DNA of 28,981 nucleotides from Ginkgo biloba (taxonomy: Eukaryota > Plantae > Ginkgophyta), in the NCBI GenBank assembly GCA_024626585.2, contig JANKJI020000001.1, positions 8,882,334-8,911,314 of the forward strand, written 5' to 3'. A program made the translations under genes and the position numbers. Below are positions 22,104-28,981 of the stretch, in pieces (position 1 is the first letter of the stretch; each line of letters starts with the position of its first letter). Below the pieces are notes generated by a model. That model worked only from the letters and a program-made list of their open reading frames with translations. It was not told the DNA's origin and made no database searches.

Positions 22104-22548
22104 ACTTGGATAAGCCACCACCCACACTAGATACAAGTCTGGAAGAGTTAAACAGACTGACAGTTTCAGAGTTGGAGAACTAAATTGTATCAATAGAGAG
22201 GGAAGCAGATGAGCAAACCCTGACATCAAATGTAGGGGTGGATAAGTCACACACTACAACAAACAACCAACTTGAGGCCAATTACAATTATAAATGCAAA
22301 TGTAAGGTTGGAGAACACAAATGTAACGATAGGCTTGGTCAATAGAGCAATAATCAAAATACGAACTTGGGGGTACGAGAGCAACAAGAACAAAGAAAAC
22401 AATTGGCCAAGTTGCAAACTTGTATAAGGCAACACCCATACTAGATCCAAGATTGGAAGAGGCAACCATAATGATAGTTTCATAGTTGGAGAACCAAATT
22501 GGAGTAATAAATAGGGGATTGGATGAGCTAACCCCACTATTAGATGTA
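22104..22548 (+). repeat. Diverged direct repeat, 2 x 131 bp (period 314), in an R/G/N-rich region that may be a gag C-terminal relic
   Basis: 22104-22234 aligns without gaps to 22418-22548 (ACTTG.ATAAG.CA.CACCCA.ACTAGAT.CAAG..TGGAAGAG...AGTTTCA.AGTTGGAGAAC.AAATTG). Confidence 0.8.
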
Positions 22549-22903
22549 TGGATAGTAGCGAACACGAGATTTGGCTAACTGTTGTGTAGAAATTACACAA
22601 CATTTTGACTCAAAATATATGTATAGATTTGTACAGATTTAGTGTTTTATCTTAGCATAACCAAAAAGTAGACATTGAGAGCTTTTCGACGATATCTTAT
22701 TTTTGAAAAATGGAGTTCGGACGCAAAAGTTATGGCCNNNNNNNNNNNNNNNNNNNNNNNNNNNNNNNNNNNNNNNNNNNNNNNNNNNNNNNNNNNNNNN
22801 NNNNNNNNNNNNNNNNNNNNNNNNNNNNNNNNNNNNNCCTCATTATCAAAGGGAATTGCAATGGATTACATCAAGTTGATGATCAATGCCAATTCCCTCT
22901 GAG

Positions 22904-23574
22904 CCTCAAGTTACCTCTATCAATGGTTCTACTCATCTTTGCTCAACTTACTCTTACTTTGGTGGAATCCTTAATGCCTCTTTTAACTGCCTCAAGTTTG
23001 ATGCTCTGCCAAGTTCTCAAATATACTCAGGTTTATCTATCGATAGTTATACTTAAGTCTACTTAATTTTCCTACACTTTGGTAGAATCCTCAATGCCTC
23101 TTTCAACTACCTCAAGATTTCCATTGTGTTGGGTATTCATCTCTACCTCAAGTTGCCTCTATCAAAGGATCTACTCAATCTCTGTATAACTTGTTCTTAC
23201 TTTAGTGAAATCCTCAATGCCTCTTTCAATGGCCTCAAGTTTGGTGCTCTATTGGGTGCTCATATCTACCTTGAGTTTCCTCTATTAGTGGTTCTACTTG
23301 GGTCTACTCAACTAGCCTACACTTTGGCATAATCCTCAATGCCTCTTTTGACTACCTCAAGTTTGGTGTTATATCAAGTGCTTAGGCCTACCTCAATTTT
23401 CCCCTATTGATGGTTTTACTTGGGTCTTCTCAACTGAAATACACTTTAGCAAAATCCTCAATGCCTTTTCTAATTTCCTCAAGCCTAATATTCTATCAAG
23501 TGCTCAACTCTACCTTGAGTTTCCTCTATCATCGATTCTACTCAAGTCTTCTCAATTAGCCTACACTTTGGCAG
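22904..23574. repeat. Tandem array of about 5.5 x 122 bp (diverged satellite-like unit, probably retroelement-borne)
   Basis: The landmark AATCCTYAATGCCT occurs at 22966, 23086, 23209, 23331 and 23453 (spacings 120, 123, 122, 122). Confidence 0.92.
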
Positions 23575-24399
23575 TCTACCCAATCTTCTTGATCTCACAC
23601 TGAGCATAGATTATTTGGCTCAAACACATGGGACATAGTTTTTCACAATCTCAACTACACAGTAATATTCCTCAAACTACCTCACACTCGACAATCTATC
23701 TGGGTTCTTCTCCACTCAATTGCTTGTAGNNNNNNNNNNCTCACTCGATGATATGCTCCTTCTCTAAAACTTGCTTCATAACAACAAAAACTAACCAACT
23801 AACCAACCCCCAAAGAATCCCTTTTCCTTCTTGGATCTAGGATTTTATTCTATATTCAAATGGATTGGGAGTGTCTCCCTCAGCAACTTGGTAGGTAAGA
23901 TTAATTGTAATGGTTTCCTACCATTAATGCTCTTCCATGGCCATCCTACATTCTACTCTTAGGTAACCTTGTACATGTTGCACATTGACTTATGATTGGA
24001 GAAGTGAATGCAACATCCTATTTTCTTTATCATTCTTCATTATCTCTCCTTATGGGTTCCACTTAACTCTCTCACTCCAACCTCTAGTTGTTAATTTCTA
24101 ATGGTGAATTCATTAATGTATTCACAATCATCTTCATTCCCATTTATTCTACTCATTTAGTGAATCATAGTCATATGTCCTTCTCATCCTATTGTCATTC
24201 TCTGACTGCATATCCCCTTATGTTGGTACCCAAATACTTCCCTTATGGATTACTCAACACCATTCAACTACCTCAATTGATAATTTTGTCAATTTCCCCC
24301 TTATCCATCCTTGGCAGATTAGTCATTGCCACCTCCTTATTCTTCCTTGGCCTATATATAGATAAAATTAAATTTTAAGAGAATATCAACCACAAAATT

Positions 24400-27300
24400 A
24401 ATTGAATAATCAAACTAAAAACATCAACAATAACAATAATTACAACAAATGGAAGCTGCATTTAAGATAGATTTAGTTGCATTTGTGGGAGCCATTAATG
24501 GCACGCGTAAGAGGATGATCTCAGCCTTAAAAATGCACATTGATGACAACTATCAAGTTGCATTAATTAAGGTAGTCTAGGTGCATTCGATAAAGACAAT
24601 AAATGATCGTACTCATTAGCATTAATGTGAGGACATAGGCACTTATTGAATGGCTAGGGTTAGGGTTATGTCACTTCAATAAGAAAAGGCATGTCATTTA
24701 GCATTTATGAAGAGAATAAAATGATAAATAGGAGAGGGAAAATCCTCCTCAGATGTGAGAGTGGAGCATAAGTGCCTAGGGTTTGGTTTGAGAGGCATTT
24801 CTCTAATATTTATTCCTATGTACCATCATTTAATGAATTAATGACGATTGTACCTAAGTTGTCTATGTGTTGATCTTCGTGCACTATATTTATGATTATT
24901 TTTGTAATTCATGCATGCTAAATCCTTATGAATAACTGGTTGCTAATGGTGGGCTTTGCACCCGAGAGTCATTATTAGTCAACATTTGGTTTTGTTGCTA
25001 GGAAATAACTAGAATTTGGGGGAATAGACTAGGGTGACGATTGACGGGTGTTTAGACCACTAGGTGAGAGTCGATCAGGAAAGTTGATGTCATAGTTACA
25101 TAGAACCTTGGGTGTGGACATGGTGATGGGTTGTAACTAAACCCACATGTAGCCAGGGAGCCTCCCGATGTTGCTATGAGGTTGAAACATCTCAAAACCA
25201 ATAGTTATAAAGGAGATGATAACGATAAGGCATGTTTACTGGACGAAGGAGCAGGAGTTAATAAGAAAAGAGGCAACCACTTAACATGGTAGACCAACAA
25301 AAGTGGAAGATGACTTATAAAGGGGGTCGATGAAAGGATGTCGGGGCTTTGGGGAAAATATGGGAGGACACCCTAAAGGGAGTGAGCAGTTGTAACAACG
25401 CTCACCTTTACAACAAAGTGATGGTAAAAGAACTACATCCGATGCTAGTAGAAGAAGCCACGATTAGAAACGAGACATATGGAAATAAAATAAGGCCATA
25501 ATTGATAAAAGCAGAAGAAATATGACGAAGCCTCGACCTCGCTAGAAAGGCAGGAGGTGACCCTTTAGTATTCCAAAATCTATTTAAAAGACATTTGCAA
25601 CTATCTAAGTAGAACAACTATCTAGTGTAATTATAGTTCTAAAGTGTCCATAGGATGAAGGCAGTAGTCATCAATGAATACCCAAGAATGGCAAACACTG
25701 TACAATGTGAGGAGGAATCCACTTTGTAAAAATATGCAACCCTACCGACCTTCAAGTTTGCCAATCTTCAATAGGAGTCACCCATAGGAGGTCAACCTAA
25801 AAACTTTTGTCCCAGCCAGCCAGTGGGAGGAAGCAACTGCCAAAACCAAAGTCAATAAGGTAATAATAACAATAGTTTGAGAGCTTACCATCATAAATAA
25901 TAGTAGTAATTAGAATATGGCACCAACTCAACCAAGCATAAGATGATCAATTACTTCTTTAGCTTTCCTATAGTCACATCATTATTTGGCCTAATGTGAA
26001 GGATATGCCCATTGATAAAAGGGGTTTAAATAACATTGGATAATTTAATAATGGTAGGAATTATTCAATGGAAAGACATGATTGAGTGGAATGACATGAA
26101 AGGAATATAAATGTATTACCTTCCTGCTCCTACCTAAACTGCATCCATACTGTAATTGTTGGTGCTTGAAATATAATGGTCTGCAACAATTGTTCCAAGA
26201 GCACAAAATTCTCATGAATTATTTTCCATTACAGATGTATATGAAAGGTCTATATATAGATCAGTTTAAATTCATAATTTTTTTTTTATGCATGCAATTA
26301 TATTTGTCAAAGATCCCTTAATGATTTTCCTTTAGAGAAAAAATTTCTTACTAAAATATCGACTTCTTATGGATAATAAGAATTATGCATGTATAGTTCC
26401 TATTATATCTTATGCATAGCGTACAAATTATGATGAGTCCTATACCTTAGCCCAAAATATAAATGTGAGTAATTCAAGTGAAAGATATAGTACTGATAAA
26501 GTAGAGAAAGTAGATGATGTAGCCTCATTCACAATTCATGTAGGCTTCTTTATGATTTGTAGTATGATCGACAAATCAACAGATCAAAGTATGTAAGAAG
26601 GGCATGGCCGCTATATTAAATCAACATGTTTTCCTGATTCACATCTCCATATACAATCCCAATCCCACAAAGATATTCAAGTTGAAGTGAAACCAAGACC
26701 TCTATCACATAGAAATTGCAACAACAATAAAACTTCAAACATTCATATTATATTGCATATATGAAAAAATAGTATGAAAAATAAAATACNNNNNNNNNNN
26801 NNNNNNNNNNNNNNNNNNNNNNNNNNNNNNNNNNNNNNNNNNNNNNNNNNNNNNNNNNNNNNNNNNNNNNNNNNNNNNNNNNNNNNNNNCTTGAATTCTA
26901 ACAACCTCTTTAGTAGAATAAAGAGGTTGTTAGAATTCGTTGGAAGGCCAATCAATAAATAATTAGAGCAATAGTTTCAAAGGCCAAAACAACATAATTT
27001 GTGGGTCAACCAATGTTGTTGGAAGTCAGATTAATATATTTGGGAGGTACAACAACCAAATAGGAGGACAATTCAACTCCTTAGTTGGTTTCAATCAGAC
27101 AAATTTTAGCACCATTAGCTAGCAAAAATTTAGAGGAAGCAACAATTGAGGTTGTAGCGCCAGTTTTAACAGCATTAGTGGTAATAACTACATTGGCAAT
27201 AACCTGTAAAATAACAACCTCAACAACAATTATCTAAAGATGACTGGAATCGTGGGAATTTCAACAACAATGGTAATNNNNNNNNNNNNNNNNNNCTACA

Positions 27301-28981
27301 GAGGTAATTTCGATGGTGAAAATTCTAACAATGTCAGTAATTTCAATAGTGGACATTCCAACAATATCTTTGGCAATAATGAAGGAAATCCTAGTAATGA
27401 TAATGACTTCAACAATAATAACAATAACTTCAATAGAGGAAATTTGGTTGGAAATCTTAATGGTAGAAATTGTAATGGTGGCAACAATAACAATTTCAAA
27501 GGCTATAACAACTTCGGGTATGAACACCATGCAAGAGCAACACTTTTGATTATANNNNNNNNNNNNNNNNNNNNNNNNNNNNNCACATGTCCTATTCGAT
27601 GATCACAGGGACCCATTTGATCATTTGGCCCTATTTCTCAACAGTATCGCCTAACATCATTTGATGGATGAGGAAGAAGTTAAACAAAGATTCTTTTCAA
27701 CACTTTGAGGTCCACCTTTATTTGGGTATCAATGTGTATTTCATCATTCTTGGACAATAATCAAAAAACTATTAGAGATTGAGATTGAGAGAATTTGAAG
27801 TAAACAAGAGATTACAAAGATGAATGTCCACAAACAACCATTGAAGGAGTCAATAATTACAATAGTGTTCAGAGAAATTGAAAACCCTACGCTGACACAT
27901 GTAGAAATTATTCAACCTCAATGTCAATACTGACTACATTGATGAACACCCCAAAACTATAGGTCCTTAAATAATCTGTAGAAGCCCTGATATTGAGTGT
28001 GCCGTGGTCCACAATTTTTTAGTTGTGTGAGTTGGAGCAATTATGAAAAATTGTGGGAGTTATTATTGAGAGGACAGGATCATGGGTAGACTTCGAGATA
28101 TGAAATAGAAGAACACAAGACATAATGTTTTCCCAGGTAGAATTGGTCTACCCCAAGGTTTTCTTCGTTAATCTAAATGTTGCAGTATAATGGAATTGCT
28201 CCAATACAATGTAATAATAATACAATGAGTACGAGGTCCATAAATAGAAGCCCAATGAATAACCATCTCATAACTTCCTTCGGAAGTTATGATTAGTCAC
28301 TAATTACAACATAATTACGCAGGACATTAATAAACATAAGAGGTACAATGAAATACCATTAATTATTCCAACAGTTAGAGATGATGAAACTATAGTAATA
28401 AGACATCTGAAACCAAATTTGGATCAAGACCCACGTGTCAGTGCAATTGTTGGGGTGACAGTTGACAAAGCAATTGTGAATGGTGGCTCATAGTTAACGT
28501 ATTGTTGAAAAATTGTTGGATGGTTATTGGAAGTTTTGCCATGACCCCAACGAATGATTACTTTGATCATCGTAGGCTAGTCCCAGGTATGATCCTTCGG
28601 AATGATTGAAGTGTGCCTATCATTGTAGCAAGTATAATCTTATTACAAGATTTTACCATATTAAAAATGTTGACCAAAGGGAGATCATATCCTACATTGC
28701 TAAGGGATGCAACAAGGCTTTGGAGGATTGGGGGCATTACATTTGCATTTATGGTAGGATGGAAATTTAGTAACCTTGCGAATGATTGGAAATGGATTTG
28801 CTTTCACCAAAGTCAATGACGAAGCTTCTAGCATGATAGCATCTCCTAAATCTACCACTAGTTCTTACTCTAAATCAACTTCTCATTGTGTCGCAGACGT
28901 GGTTGAAGTTGAGGAATATTAACCCAACAATCATGGTGAAATTGAGATAGATAATAGTTTTGATGGCGACAACTGAATTTG
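24400..28981 (+). mobile_element. Decayed Ty3/gypsy element (Athila-like PBS): 5' LTR, PBS, gag with zinc knuckle and Asn/Gly-rich tract, aspartic protease; runs off the window
   Basis: LTR end GTCAACA (24984) is followed by TGGTTTTGTTGCTAGGAA (24987-25004), a decayed TGGCGCCGTTGCCGGGGA. A knuckle CTM*GGIHFVKIC lies at 25699-25737. An Asn/Gly low-complexity tract spans about 26890-27520. The protease relic reads DQDPRVSAIVGVTVDKAIVNGGS/VNVL...VPIIVASIILLQDFTILKM...SYPTLLR (about 28422-28705), with the catalytic D changed to N. The left LTR boundary is uncertain. Confidence 0.8.
28064..28373. mobile_element. 310-bp solo LTR nested in the gypsy gag-protease region
   Basis: Termini TATTG (TG decayed to TA) and CAACA. 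TSD GTTAT (28059-28063) / GTTAG (28374-28378). Removing the insert plus one TSD restores the host frame KIVGVRDDETIVIRHLKPNLDQDPRV. Confidence 0.82.

Noticed and set aside
27240-27602. Asn-rich 120-aa ORF as an independent host gene
   Set aside because: It is low-complexity, gap-interrupted, and lies between the gag knuckle and protease of a decayed retrotransposon.
28268-28292. loxP-like ATAACTTC...GAAGTTAT
   Set aside because: Only the outer 8 bp match, with no 13-bp arms or 8-bp spacer. Treated as a coincidental LTR palindrome.

Overview
AT-rich, gap-ridden plant nuclear scaffold, not prokaryotic. The long TE-filled introns and heavily deaminated Ty3/gypsy relics suggest a large-genome plant such as a gymnosperm (inference). 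Two spliced host genes are present, neither called as such in the ORF track. (1) An ESCRT-III SNF7/VPS32 gene on the minus strand: partial exon 1 at 4941-4979 and exon 2 at 999-1098. Later exons were not found and probably lie left of the window. (2) An ENTH-domain epsin (EPSIN2/3 type) on the plus strand: exons at 17852-17903, 18479-18558 and 18671-18753. The two genes point away from each other, and both start codons appear lost in or beyond 100-N gaps. Much of the rest is nested LTR-retrotransposon debris: gag, protease and pre-RT relics, primer-binding-site (PBS) and polypurine-tract (PPT) junctions, two solo LTRs with target-site duplications (TSDs), and tandem repeats. The most unusual items are an array of about six tRNA-iMet PBS copies (21139-21300), a 159-bp fold-back (14076-14234), and a CpG-retaining promoter-like island with a hairpin (about 8490-9300). 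I see no evidence of a complete novel multi-gene system.
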